NCBI GenBank assembly: GCA_964019335.1
Contig: OZ025738.1
Location: forward strand, 1 to 64,000
Reading direction: 5' to 3'
Length of the DNA: 64,000 nucleotides
Origin: Diplonema japonicum
Lineage: Eukaryota; Protista; Euglenozoa: Diplonemea
The notes under the pieces are model-generated. The model saw only the letters and a program-made list of their open reading frames with translations, did not search any database and was not told the origin of the DNA. Shown here piece after piece: positions 33,553 to 45,600 of the stretch (the stretch's first letter is position 1; every line of letters starts with the position of its first letter). A program made the translations under genes and the position numbers.

Positions 33553-35649
33553 TTAAACAAAAACTGAGTATCGTCTGGGTGTGACACTGTAGACCTCTGT
33601 GAATGTGGTGCCATATATGGATATCGTGAGGTCCATTGCACGGATGACATTGATGTAGTCGACAGTCAGGCTGCGCAGCAGGTCGAATATGTCGCTGCCT
33701 TTGCTGTCAGCGTACAGGCAGTAGTAGCCATTGCTCAGTGCGGTGTTGCACAGCACACTGCTCACCGTAACGCAACTCCCAACAACCGCGATGAACCTTG
33801 TTGCTGTACCCACAGTGCCGTGATGGATGTACCCCTGTGACATGCCAATGCACAAATCCTCTGTCTGCCCTGTCAGCCTCATGGTGTGCAGACTCCGCGC
33901 AAATAGGAACGAACTCTCAACATGTGTAGAACACTGCCTCGAAGTATTCCACCCAAGCGCTATTCTGCCTCCCTGCAAAGAGCTAACCACACCACGCGTC
34001 CTCTCGCTGCACATCACCACCTTAGCAAGCAAGTCGCTTAGGACGCAGCCCACCTGACCTCTGGTATCGTCGAGGCGTACATCTACACAGGACACACTCG
34101 CACAGGAGATCTTCAGATCAACTGGATAACTACCCGAGCTGCTGAGCGAATAGTTCTCGGTGATAATCTGCCGCCTGTCTTTTCTGTTTAAGAGCATCTG
34201 TGACTCAACAAACGTCTTACGGCCTTCAAGAAAAGGTGGTAGAAGCAAGAACGACTGTACGGTCCCGTCGATCCCTTTCAGCTTCGTCGGGCCCATTTCA
34301 ATAATCACAACATCAAGGTGGGCCACATCTTCCATCACCTCAGGTGTCACCGCCACCGCCCCACCAACACAGGCTCCTTCCATCCTTGCAGCCTTATTCA
34401 CTGTGTTCCCGAAGTAGTCATACCTCCCTGTGATGGGATTCGTCTGTGCGTCTACTTCCCCGAAGTGCACACCGACACGAACGCGTAGACCACACCACGG
34501 GCCGTCTGGGTTGTAAGAAAAGTGATCCATTTGAAGAAGCTCTGTGGGCCAACTTGCACTGACCAGCCCTTCCTGGACCGACAAACCAAACTGAACAGCA
34601 TCTACGGAGCTCTTGAACGCTACCATGAAAGCATCACCAATGGTCTTCACCTCGTAGCCTCCCCAATCGGACGAGGCTTCCCTCATTATCCTGTCGTGCT
34701 CACGCATGCCTTCCTTCATCCCTTCAGGGCATGCCTCCCACGTGGCTGTTGATCCTTGAATGTCGGTGAAGACGATGGCTGCCTTTTGTGTGGCGATCCC
34801 AGGGGCGGGTGTGTGACTATGGCTTTTGAAAGTGTGTTCGCCCGAGAAGAGGGCGTCAGGAAGGTAAGGGCGGTAGATGCGGAGGTTCTTAACGATGGCG
34901 CTGAACGCTTCGAACAGTGGCTCGGGGATGGATGCAGTGCTGATGATGTGCTCTGCCTCTGCAATGTCGAACCTCGAGACGGACTGAGCGATCCTCTCAG
35001 TGGCATCGACAACGTCGTGCATCCTGTCATATTCTCTATACAGACGATTGGCGAAGCCCCGTGTGAAGAAGTAGTCAAGGAGGAAGACAAGTATCTGAAC
35101 CAATGCAACGATGACAGTGCCAGTCAGGGTCCACGGGCACGGAAGCGAATCGCAGTCGTAGCTAGAACGTCTGTCGGACTGTGGAGGAAGGTACGGAATG
35201 TCAAACAGGCCGAAGCGAAGCCAACTCTCGAGATTGAGGAGAATGAGCCAGCAGAAAAGCACGATGATGAGGTTCCGGGTGACGCGCTGATCGAGACGGC
35301 AGACCAAACAAATATCTATTAATATAATGTAAGCAGGCCACAAGCGGAAATGACCGAGAACAGCAAGCTGGCAGTCCATTATGATCACAGATATACTGTG
35401 AACATACATAGTGGCCTCTACAACTACATGGCGCAGCTGCCTCTCATACAGCAGCTGTATCAAAGAAAACGCGCTCGCCACTGATGCCGCCATTGGAAAG
35501 TATCGCTTGGCGACCGTGCCGGTGGTGTCCGATGCATTGAAACCCGTCAGAAGCAGCACAACAACATTCGACATGAATATCACCTTCTTGCTGAAAACCG
35601 TGTGCGGATGGTCAGAGGGCAAGACAATCCGTGACAGTGGCGAAAACAT
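33553..35649 (-). CDS. Multi-TM receptor-type adenylate cyclase (active + degenerate domain)
   Basis: IVFTDIQGST, YEVKTIGDAFM, RVRVGVHFG, YDYFGNTVNKAARME. Confidence 0.92.
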   Translation of the reverse strand: MFSPLSRIVLPSDHPHTVFSKKVIFMSNVVVLLLTGFNASDTTGTVAKRYFPMAASVASAFSLIQLLYERQLRHVVVEATMYVHSISVIIMDCQLAVLGHFRLWPAYIILIDICLVCRLDQRVTRNLIIVLFCWLILLNLESWLRFGLFDIPYLPPQSDRRSSYDCDSLPCPWTLTGTVIVALVQILVFLLDYFFTRGFANRLYREYDRMHDVVDATERIAQSVSRFDIAEAEHIISTASIPEPLFEAFSAIVKNLRIYRPYLPDALFSGEHTFKSHSHTPAPGIATQKAAIVFTDIQGSTATWEACPEGMKEGMREHDRIMREASSDWGGYEVKTIGDAFMVAFKSSVDAVQFGLSVQEGLVSASWPTELLQMDHFSYNPDGPWCGLRVRVGVHFGEVDAQTNPITGRYDYFGNTVNKAARMEGACVGGAVAVTPEVMEDVAHLDVVIIEMGPTKLKGIDGTVQSFLLLPPFLEGRKTFVESQMLLNRKDRRQIITENYSLSSSGSYPVDLKISCASVSCVDVRLDDTRGQVGCVLSDLLAKVVMCSERTRGVVSSLQGGRIALGWNTSRQCSTHVESSFLFARSLHTMRLTGQTEDLCIGMSQGYIHHGTVGTATRFIAVVGSCVTVSSVLCNTALSNGYYCLYADSKGSDIFDLLRSLTVDYINVIRAMDLTISIYGTTFTEVYSVTPRRYSVFV

Positions 35650-37010
35650 CCCCTCGCTGAAATGCTATTTTTATCTCTATGAAATATCTAAACTTGATAA
35701 AAAAGAGAGGTAGCTGAATTGTTAAAAAAGAGAGGAAAGGTGCTGTGACGAAACCACTGTAAAGCGGTTCTGTCAGAGCCTGAACATCAGGAACCTTCAT
35801 CATATCCGTCATGGCGGTAGGTGTCACACTGTATACGACTCCGCTACTTCTTACCTTGAGACTCTCGGCAGTAAAACTAACATGAGGTATGCATCTTGCC
35901 ACCACCTGGTCTGCCTCTGTGCTCTGCTTAGAACTATTGTGTGCCTCTGAGTAAAGGCAATAATAGTCCATGTTCAGGCACATGTCGCACAGCACACTGC
36001 TCACCGTAACGCAGCTCCCAACGACAGTGATGAACCTCTTGGCTATACCCACAGTGCCGTAATACACATGCCCCTGCGACATGCCAATGTACAGGCTCTT
36101 AACATCGGCCCACATGTCGTGCAATGTCCTAACGCAAAGAAGCGAACTCTCGACGTGAGTAGGACACGGCCTTGGAGCATTCCAAGAACGACTGTACGGT
36201 CCCGTCGATCCCTTTCAGCTTCGTCGGGCCCATTTCAATAACCACAACATCAAGGTGGGCCACATCTTCCATCACCTCAGGTGTCACCGCCACCGCCCCA
36301 CCAACACAGGCTCCTTCCATCCTTGCAGCCTTGTTCACTGTGTTCCCGAAGTAGTCGTACCTCCCTGTGATGGGATTCGTCTGTGCGTCTACTTCCCCGA
36401 AGTGCACACCGACACGAACGCGTAGACCACACCACGGGCCGTCTGGGTTGTTGGAGAAAAATACTGGTTAAGAGCAGTGAAGAAAGACAGCTTGCAGGGG
36501 GGCGTAGCGCAATCAAAGATCTCCTTTTGAGCCTGTATGGGGGGGAGAACGTCCGCACTCAACAAACCAAAGCGAAGGAACTCATCAAAGAAAGTGATTA
36601 ACAGCCAGGTGCTTACCAAACCAAACATCTTAAGCGAGAGCGTCTTAAGGCCGAGAACAAGGCAGATATCTATGAGTAACACAAAGCCCATCCACCAACG
36701 AACGGACCCCGGAAGGCACTGCGACACCCAGTCAAGCAGAATGAAGATGACGGCATAGCAATACAGACACACCTCCACAACTACTCCCCTGTGAACCCTC
36801 TCAACAGCTACCTGCGTGAACAGCGAAGCGGAAACCGCGGCACCTAGTACGACAAGACCCTTTCCAACGCCCCCTTGTCCTGCGCAATCCCGAGCGTCGA
36901 CGAGACGCTGTAAGAAATAAAAACAATGAACCCGCCACATCCCGTTGCTAAAGAGATCCTTTTGCACATCATATCTTTTTCCGTGTCGCGCTCCACCATC
37001 CCTATCCCAC
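35612..37010 (-). pseudogene. Mosaic/deleted adenylate cyclase paralogue
   Basis: TM part (36450-36970), a cyclase piece near-identical to 34246-34514 at 36183-36451, and a C-terminal piece at 35700-36120; frames are broken. Confidence 0.8.
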
Positions 37011-37119
37011 ACACGAACAGCCGTGCTGCCCTTAGCATATTTCTATGTGATAAGATCTCGGTAATTACCAATAGACAAAACAAGTACACTAAACGGAGAA
37101 CAATAAAGAAATGGGGAAA

Positions 37120-38676
37120 CTACGGGGTAATGGTCACCATCTCGACGTCGGTGATGGTGCGCATGAGCTCTTCCTCACCTTCGTTCTGCGCTTCGGGAGC
37201 TCGTGCTTGCTCAGCCTCAAGCTCATCGAGCATCCTTCCGTGAAACACGAATGTGAACACAGCGGTCATGCCGAACATGGCAAGGCAGAGGAGGGAGAAC
37301 ATGAGACGCATCCTTTCAGGCTGCATCAGAGGCGCGGTTATAATACCTATTAGCGAGCCACCTGCCGTTGTTAGCAAGTACAGTGACATGACAACAGACT
37401 TCATTGAAGCAGGGGCCTGTGAGTACGCGTATTCCAACCCACCAACAGAAGCAAAGATCTCGCTCGCAGCACCAAGCGTGAACTGCGGAACCTGCCACCA
37501 AACAGAAACCATCTCCTCTCCATTAAGCAATTTGTACTTTCCTTCTACATAGTACCCCCTGCCATCAATCGCAGTCTGCAGCAATGCCGCGCACCCTATC
37601 GCCGCCGCATGCACTACGAACCCTATGATGATTCTCACGAGGTTCGTCGGCATCCTGTTGTACCTTCTCAGCAGGGGGAACAACGTCCCTTCGGATAGCG
37701 GGATTAGAATTACCAAGGTCAGGGCGTTCAGCATGTTCAGCCATTCTGCTGGCATCCAGTCGGGGCGGTCTAATGTCTCGGCTTGCGGGATGTAGTTGGT
37801 GGTTGACTGGTTGTAAGCAAACCAGTACAAAGGAAAGAACAGGAACACCCTGCACGCTTGCGCGGTCTGCATCATGTCCCGTGCAATGGTGTAGTGCTCT
37901 GAGGACGCGAGCGCGTGCATCAGGCTCTGGTTCAAGCCGAAGGGGTTCCGATCTCCCTCTGCCCATGCGTACCGCAACGTCCTTATGTAGTCAGACAGCA
38001 GTGTCCCGCTAGGCGCCCCGTCAATTAGCATCCCTCTAGCTGCGTACAACAGCGCCAAGGAAACACCACCAGCCAATGCAGGAAGCCCGAAAGAGTAGTA
38101 GTACGCAGAACCGGAGTGAAGGAGTGGAGTGATGAGCTGACCGAAAAAGGCACCCAGGTTAATACTCCAATAAAACCACCTGAACGCCGCAGAAGAAAGG
38201 GAGTTCGCCGGCAATTGGTCAGCGAAAAGCGGGAGGACGTTGGCTTTGATGCCCCCGGTGGCACAGCCGATCAGGAACAGGGCAGGGAACAGTAACGTAG
38301 GTTTCAACCAGCCCGACAGCAACGCGCTGGCTGTCAGCAGTACCAATGCTGTCGTGTACACAGCACAGGCAGTGAGGATGGTGCGAAGCTTGCCCAGCTT
38401 GGAGTCGCCAATGTATCCCCCAATGAGGCAAGCCGCGTAGGCCCAGAAGGTAAAACCGTTCACCACAGCGTTCCCTGCAGGCTGCGAGAGCCCCACCTCG
38501 TTCATGAGATACGACATCAGCACCACTGTCACACCGTAATATGCCAGCCGCTCAGACAGCTCAGCCACCATCACTATCTTCGCACTTGCTGGGATGCTCA
38601 TCTTGCCTTCCTTCGCCTTTGCGTCTTCGCTGTCCAGCTCGATATATGGCGTGGTGTTGTCTAAGCCTCTGTTCAT
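37120..38676 (-). CDS. POT/PTR2 proton-dependent oligopeptide transporter
   Basis: ELSERLAYYG, GGIKANV, FYWSINLG, EYAYSQAPASMKS; start approximate. Confidence 0.93.
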   Translation of the reverse strand: MNRGLDNTTPYIELDSEDAKAKEGKMSIPASAKIVMVAELSERLAYYGVTVVLMSYLMNEVGLSQPAGNAVVNGFTFWAYAACLIGGYIGDSKLGKLRTILTACAVYTTALVLLTASALLSGWLKPTLLFPALFLIGCATGGIKANVLPLFADQLPANSLSSAAFRWFYWSINLGAFFGQLITPLLHSGSAYYYSFGLPALAGGVSLALLYAARGMLIDGAPSGTLLSDYIRTLRYAWAEGDRNPFGLNQSLMHALASSEHYTIARDMMQTAQACRVFLFFPLYWFAYNQSTTNYIPQAETLDRPDWMPAEWLNMLNALTLVILIPLSEGTLFPLLRRYNRMPTNLVRIIIGFVVHAAAIGCAALLQTAIDGRGYYVEGKYKLLNGEEMVSVWWQVPQFTLGAASEIFASVGGLEYAYSQAPASMKSVVMSLYLLTTAGGSLIGIITAPLMQPERMRLMFSLLCLAMFGMTAVFTFVFHGRMLDELEAEQARAPEAQNEGEEELMRTITDVEMVTITP

Positions 38677-40511
38677 ACACGCACGGGCCACCCCTGCCTG
38701 TAACATAAGGGAACATTGACGAAACGAAAAAGAGAAAATGAAAAGCACTTATAAAGAGCCGATGTTTCTCCCATGGAACATCAGAAGGTGCCCGGGCAAT
38801 GGCTTGTAGGCCACGACACCCTGAGCACCTACAGGAGAACAAAAAGAGAAAAAAAAAAGTATATTGTTTAAAAAAGCAGTAGAAGGGAGGTAGTAGTAGA
38901 GCTGAAGGATCAGGTAAACATAAAGGAAAAAGAAGAGAGAAAAAAAAAAGCAACAAGCAAACAAAAAAAATATAAAATGCGTTTTTTATATCTTATTCTT
39001 CTCAACTGAATAAACCATCAGACACTAGGCCATCAGGCATCTATTTACACACCCAAAGAAGAAAAAAAGCAAAAGGAAAAAGTGAAGAGAAAGGAATATA
39101 CAGAGAAGCATGTTTACCTTAACTGCTTCACAAAGCCGTCTGGCGTACGAGCAGCAACAAGTGCCTCTGCTGACCGTAAGAAAAAGAGCTGTTGATTGTT
39201 GTTTGTGTACAGAAAAGAAAGAAGAAGCGTAGAATTAGAATTATCTAACAGATGTCCTCCATCTTTCTATTCTCCTGCGGGGGTAACAAAAAAAGGGGAG
39301 TGCAAAGAAAACCGCCTATAGTTCTAACTGCTCTTCTTAGAACAATAAAAAGGAAACTCGATAAAGTCTCAGTGTGTATAGGGGTGAGGAAACGTCACTC
39401 TTGGGAGCGGGGGGAAAGCAAAAAAAAAGGGGGGAAAGCGCGGTTAAGGGAGGTACAAACCCCTGCAGGGCCGCCCTTGGGTGGGGAGGATAGCTTCCGA
39501 ACCTTGTCGTCTTCTTCCGTTCTTCTTTTTTCTTTTGGTCCGCCGCCAAAAGAAAAAAAGAAATCAGCGAAAAAAGACAATGTAAAAAATGTAGAATGCT
39601 TCGGCACAAAAGGGATGACAAGTTCCTAGTCAGATCATTTATTCTCTTTTTGTCTTAATCAAAAACTCCATTTCTGAATCAAATAAAAAATCCGATATAT
39701 CAGGTGGAAAAAATCTCACAATGATAGGAAACGAAGTGGTTAGCAACGGCCCACAAAAAAAAATATAAGAGTTAAAGGAGGCCGGTGTTGGCGGCGCCCT
39801 GCACAAGAACTGTCTACTTGACTACAGGGGGCAGTGAAAAAAAGAAAAAACTCTTGCTTTGTGCCCTCGTGGAAACAAGGCCTTTCCCCCCCTCTCCCTT
39901 TTTCAGCCGTAGAAACGATAACTGGCGGGGGGGGAGAAAAAAAAGAAAGAGATGAGATAGAAGAGGTTCCTGTTTTGGAACGCCCCTTGTCTCTACTTAT
40001 CTACCCTGAGGTCTCGGCCTTTCTTTCTTTTTCGGCTGTGCATTCCTCAAAGTATCTCCTTCTCCTGCCAACTCGTTCTGTTCCATCCCAGACTCTTCTT
40101 CGCAGTTCTGCCCTTCTGGCTCTCCGCTGGGAAGATTCGCTTGCCTCTGACCTTCTTCTGTACGCGTGCTGTGTCCCAACGAGGGGCCGTAGAAACTCTG
40201 TGTCGCTTTCTGTTTCATGGTCAGATCACCCTTCTTCCCGTGATCGGCTCAACTCCCAGCTCTAGGGGTGCGTCGTGTACGTTTCTAGCATTCTCTTGTC
40301 CTAGAGAAGCCGGTCTCGTTTTGCTACCACTTCGAACAAGTAGTACTGCGTCTTCCTCAGCAGGTGCTGGTGTGATCGGTGACCACGCGAGCGTTCTATG
40401 TAACTGCAGGTTGGCTTTTCCGTCTTGTTCACCACTACCTCTGCATGTACTTCTTTCTGTTGCACCTCCTCCCACACTGCATTCCCATAGTGCGGAGCAT
40501 TAAAAAAACAT

Positions 40512-42660
40512 AAAAAACTCAAAGTACAGGACAAGCCCCCCGCTAGAGGGCCGCCCTATGGGAGGGGGGGGTCTATCTGTTAATACTCCCCTTCTGGAGC
40601 ATTGCTTTCATCCCGATTGTGGCTGTGAGCGTCTTGCGGAGTCGTGTGATGCGATCCCGCTTGTAGGCGGCCTTCAAATCCATCAGCTTGTCGTGCGTGG
40701 ACTGGGTAGCAAAAATGGGCCTCCTGGAGAAGCCTATAGCTGCCTTTCCTCCAATGGCGATGAGGGATTTCACCCTTTTCTGCTCATCCGCTGGGAAGGG
40801 GCGTCGCTTCTTCCGTGCCCTGCACGCTGCGTTTATCTTTACGATTAGGGCCTTGATTCTGCGTGCCCTATCTTCCAGCAGGCCTCCTAATGATTTACCG
40901 GTCGACCATTCGAAGTCAATGGCTAGCTCCACCGCCGACACCTCCGAGGCGGTGTCCTTCTCCACCCAGCGCAGCTGTGACAACCATTGTAGCAGCAGGT
41001 TCAGGTACTGGGACAGGACCCCACCCACTCCCTCGAGCTCGCCTGCTATCGGAACGGGGCATCTCTTTCCTACTACATTTCGTTCCCACGGTAGCGGCTG
41101 TGTGTTGACGTCCTCCTTCTGCACGAGCTCCACGTCCCGCTTCTCAACCACCACAGCCAAGTATCGTTGCAGTTTTTCCAGGTATGCAAAGGCATGTCCT
41201 CTCGGCAGTATTGCGTGTAGCTCAAGACACAGGGGCCATCCCGTCCTGTCGCGCAGCGGTTCCAAACCGTCCTGTGCCAGCTCGTCCCGTGCGCAGGCAC
41301 ACTCGTAAAGCTGATGGCGGAGTAAGGTTACCGTGTCCGGGTGTGGTGACTCACACAGGTCACACCTGAACCCTTGTGTGCGTGGTACTTCCGTCGTTGG
41401 GACGTGGTCTATGCTGTCCCCGTCTTCCTCGGTGCCATCTCCTTCTGGTGCCAGGGGGACGCTCCTTTGACTCGTACCTGCATGCGGGCTAAGGTAGGGG
41501 ACCCCTCCGGCGATCACCCGTCTCAGGCAGTAGGACATGAGTGGGTCCTTGGCTGTCTTCCACAGTTGGTTGGTTTTGGGATCCGCTCCCGCCTCCATCC
41601 CCTTCATGCTTCTTTCGCTCGCCAGTGACCTGCTCCGGGCTTTCCTCACCGCGTCCCTAAAGGCGTGCCCGCGCTCGGCCCAGGGTTTGTTCCTACAGTC
41701 TAGCAGCTGCGTCCAGTTCCACCCTATGTAGGGGAGCCACCGACATATCAGGTTGCCTACTGGCCCCATTGGGATGGACCCCGTGCCGTACCCCGCAGCG
41801 ATCCGTGTGCATCTCTGTCGCAGTCTCTCGTCGTCAAGCGCTCTGGACACTACCTTCAGGGAGTGGTATATCACATAGGAGAGGGGGTCGCTGGTGTGCC
41901 CCTTCAAGAGGACCGTGTTGACCGCGGTTGGAGATCGTCCACGATGATGCGGGCCCCACAGATTGCATGTTACCCTCGTTGACAACTTCTTGAGTGTCTC
42001 GTCACATGGGGGAGAGAACGGCCCGCTGTAGAGGCATGACGGGAGTACTGTCGTGCTGACCATGTGTGCTTTGGTCTCGAAAGCTAATCTCGTGCACCCT
42101 AGCCGGTCTAGTGAGTCAAGTGCATCCGTGAATGGTCTGTTCCATTTCGTTCCTGTCCTGCGCGTGTTGATCTTCACGCCAAGCCCTTTGAAGTCCGTCA
42201 CTGTCTTGTAAGGTACAGCAACTACCGAGCCTTTCCTAATCGCCGTACGGTCTCCTACGACTCTCGACTTGTAACCCTCTGCGGTGCCAAAGCCAACCGT
42301 CTTTTCCTCGTTGACCTTCATGCCAGTCAGGTCGCAGAACTCCAGAGTCCCTTCGACCGCTGCTTGTAGGGAGTCGCGTAGCTTCGCTAACAGGTAAGCG
42401 TCGTCGGCATATGCTAGCACCTCGGCGTCCGGCGCTACTTGCTCGATGGCCCGTATCATGATGGAGAGCAGGGCGTTGATGACAATGACCGACAACGGGC
42501 ACCCCTGGAGGATTCCGTTTGTGGCCTCAAATGTGTCACCTACTCCTATGGGGTACTTGAACCTCCTTGTGATCTGGGAATACATCCCCTGGATGCTTTC
42601 CCTATGGACTCGTCCATCCCCAGGGCGTTCATGAGGTCAAGTGACAGCTGTTGTGGGACT
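40512..42660 (-). mobile_element. 5'-truncated non-LTR retrotransposon (LINE): RT C-half, CCHC-type finger, 3' UTR
   Basis: NGILQGCPLS, AYADD, KVNEEKT, KGLG, CDLC..H..C; ORF 40573..42585; begins in a T-tract just after the cyclase stop. Confidence 0.92.
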
Positions 42661-42678
42661 AAAAAAAAAAGAAAATCA

Positions 42679-45600
42679 TCAATTATCACGCGAGGCTGCC
42701 GCCATATCGAAGCCACCCGCGGTGCGTCCGTAGGTCCTGAACGCGGTACCCTCAAGTCGCGAGGCAACTGAGAGGAGTACAGGGTCCTTTGTGCTGGAAC
42801 GGATCTGCTTGTAGTCCCCCTCGTGGAAACAAGGGGAATACCCGTCTGGGGCCCAGCCCCACTCGTCTAATGGACTCACTTCATCGACGTCAGAAACGCT
42901 CCCCTCCTCAAGATCGTTCAGCTTCGATAAGTGCTCGATACGTGGCTCGTAAATCATCACCCTCTGCTCGGAAGGAGCCTGCCAGGTGTCAACAGGACGG
43001 ATTACCTTTTTAATACTGGTGTCAAGAGTCAGATCAGCGTGTCCAGGAAGCGATGCAAGAAGGCAGAACGTTCCCATTTCTCTGGCAGTCTCTGCGAGGT
43101 ACCCAGCAGTCTCGACAACGGACCCGATGACAAGGGAAAAGCGGAGATCGCGGGAGCCTGCGTTTCCGTATAGAAGTCCCCCGCTTGCAAGGCCCAGGTT
43201 GCACTTTGTGAACCATTCGCCGTCAGTGTGCTTGAGCTGCCGCTGGAAGACGCGGATGAAGCGGACGGAGTTCATGACGTGCGACGTGCAGTTCTTAGTC
43301 GTGTTCCACGCGGCAACCACAACACCAGAGCAGACAGAGACAACGGTGCCCCCGCACATCTCTACGCAGTGCACCGTCGCAGAGAGAACCTCGTTGACCT
43401 TCACCAACGGGCTTGAAATGCCGGACAGCGAATCGTATGACACTCTGACGTGGCCCACGGTGCCCTGGGACTTCTGGAGGTTGTCCTTCAGCATCTTCGG
43501 TAAGGACGGCGTGTTCCTGCTTGTGTTCGACGTCGATGTGACAGACGCTTCCTTCCGCACTAGAGGGTTCGCTGCCTGCTGCTTGTGGAACTGATTCTCA
43601 ATGTACGTCAGCCTCTCCTTCAAATACTTCGGGATCACCATGCAGTATGCCTGGTTTGGAAGCCCCTTCATCTGGACGGAACCGACGGACACCTGTGACG
43701 GCCAATCAAGAAGTTCCAGATCCAAAGTGTTGAAGGTGTCCTCTGTCATCCCGATCCCACCTCCTACACCCGACGACTCAAGCCTCGCAGCCTTGTTCAC
43801 TGTCGTCCCCATGTAGTCGGAACGGCCAGTCATTGGGGAGTTCTCGAGGTTCAGCTCACCGTAATGCACACCCATCCTTACCCTCAGGCCCTTCCACGCA
43901 CCTTGTTGATACTTGCAAAGAGGTACCTGAAGCAAATCTTGCGGCCACTCCGCGTCGTACAAGTCCTCCTGTGCTGCGAGACAGAATGCTGTGGCATTGT
44001 GCAGAGTCTCGAAGGCTATCATGAAGGCGTCGCCGATGGTCTTAACCTCGTAGCCTTCGAAGTCGTCTATCCTGCGCCTCATAATAGTGTTGTGTGTCCG
44101 CATCGCCTTCTTCATCCCGTTGGGCATGTTGAACCACATCTCAGTGGAGCTTTGGATGTCAGTGAAGACAATGGCCGCCTTCCCGTCTGTGTGGGGTGCG
44201 CGGCGGCCGTAACGAGGGACCTCGCTGTCGCGGTTTGTCTCCTCGTCGAAGAGCGCATCGGGGAGGAATGACTTGTACTCTTTGAGGATCTTGCACACGG
44301 AGTAGAACCCTGCTAGCAACGCCTTGACTTCTGTTAGTCCGCTGTCACGCTTCTGAAGCGACTCCACATCCATTGCCCTTACATACTCCATGTCGACAGC
44401 AAGGCTCACCAACGGACGGGAGATAAGTACAGCAGAATACACAGCAATAGCAACCGCGAGCACTGTCAGGATCACCGCTAAGTCGAGCTGGCGTGTCGCT
44501 GCATCGTCTGCACGGCCCATAATGACGTCCTCTGGCGTCATGTACACCAAGATCCATGAGAACCCTGCGAAGTTCTCACTGCCCGCATCCAAGCCCTGTG
44601 CGTTGACGTGCCATGACTCCGAAACATCGATGGTATGCGTTATCTCGGGGTCGATGAGACTCTCCCCAGCACGCCACTCGTACTGTGACAGCGCTCCTGA
44701 GATGTACGGGGAGTATGTCGCAGTGTTCTCCGGTTGGACAGACGGGTTGGAGGATAGAATTACATTCCCATCTGCGCGATTTATGATAACCACAATCGAC
44801 CTGTGGTGCAGATGCATTCTTCCCAGGAAGTTCTTCGCGGAAGCGACTGTGATCTGAAGGATGCTGGTCGACGCCCTTCCGCTCTGCCGCAGGTTGTCCA
44901 CGGTGATGGACACGAGGTTCTCCATGCCAATCATGGACTGCACGCGGACGTCCTTTGCGAGGTCGGTGGAGATACCTCGGGCAGTGTCGCTTTGAAGCGT
45001 GATCAGAATGCTGCTGAGAGCAATTCCGAAAGAGAGCACGACAAACCCAAGCAAAACCGAGATCGGGATGGAAGGACCATGCACCTTGCGCATCCTCCGT
45101 ACTTCTCTTCGGATGTACTCACCAAGGAATATAAACGAAAACCCGCACACAATACACGTCACTACTAGCAGGATACGGGTTGCAGTCCACTCGTCGTCAT
45201 TGTCCTGAAGATCTGTGTGCGTCCAATATCCGAGGACAAGGTGTAGATCCGTCTCGAGCTGTGCTATAGTAGACTCAGCTGTGACTGCCTGATCGCTGCT
45301 CTTGAAGTACCTGATGATGTTTCTGTAGATGACCTCAGCGCACGTCGCGTACAATGTGCGGCACCCTCCAGAAGGACGGTGCGTGACCCTGTCCCAGAAC
45401 TCCGGGTACTTCTTGTGGCTGTTGCAGAGAATCGGGTTGATGTCGCAGTACCGCTTCATGAGGGTCTCATCATCGAGGACTTCCCTCGTGAGGGGCTCCT
45501 GGTCGTTCCTGAGAAGCGCAATCTCCTTCATGTTGTTGACATAGCGCTGAACAATTTGCATAGCATGCGCCTTGATATCGGGTTGGGACTGACTGTTGAT

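Noticed and set aside
39980-40500. Further LINE remnant (QPKKKERPRPQGR resembles the end of 12767..13447)
   Set aside because: Similarity is short and low-complexity; not enough to annotate
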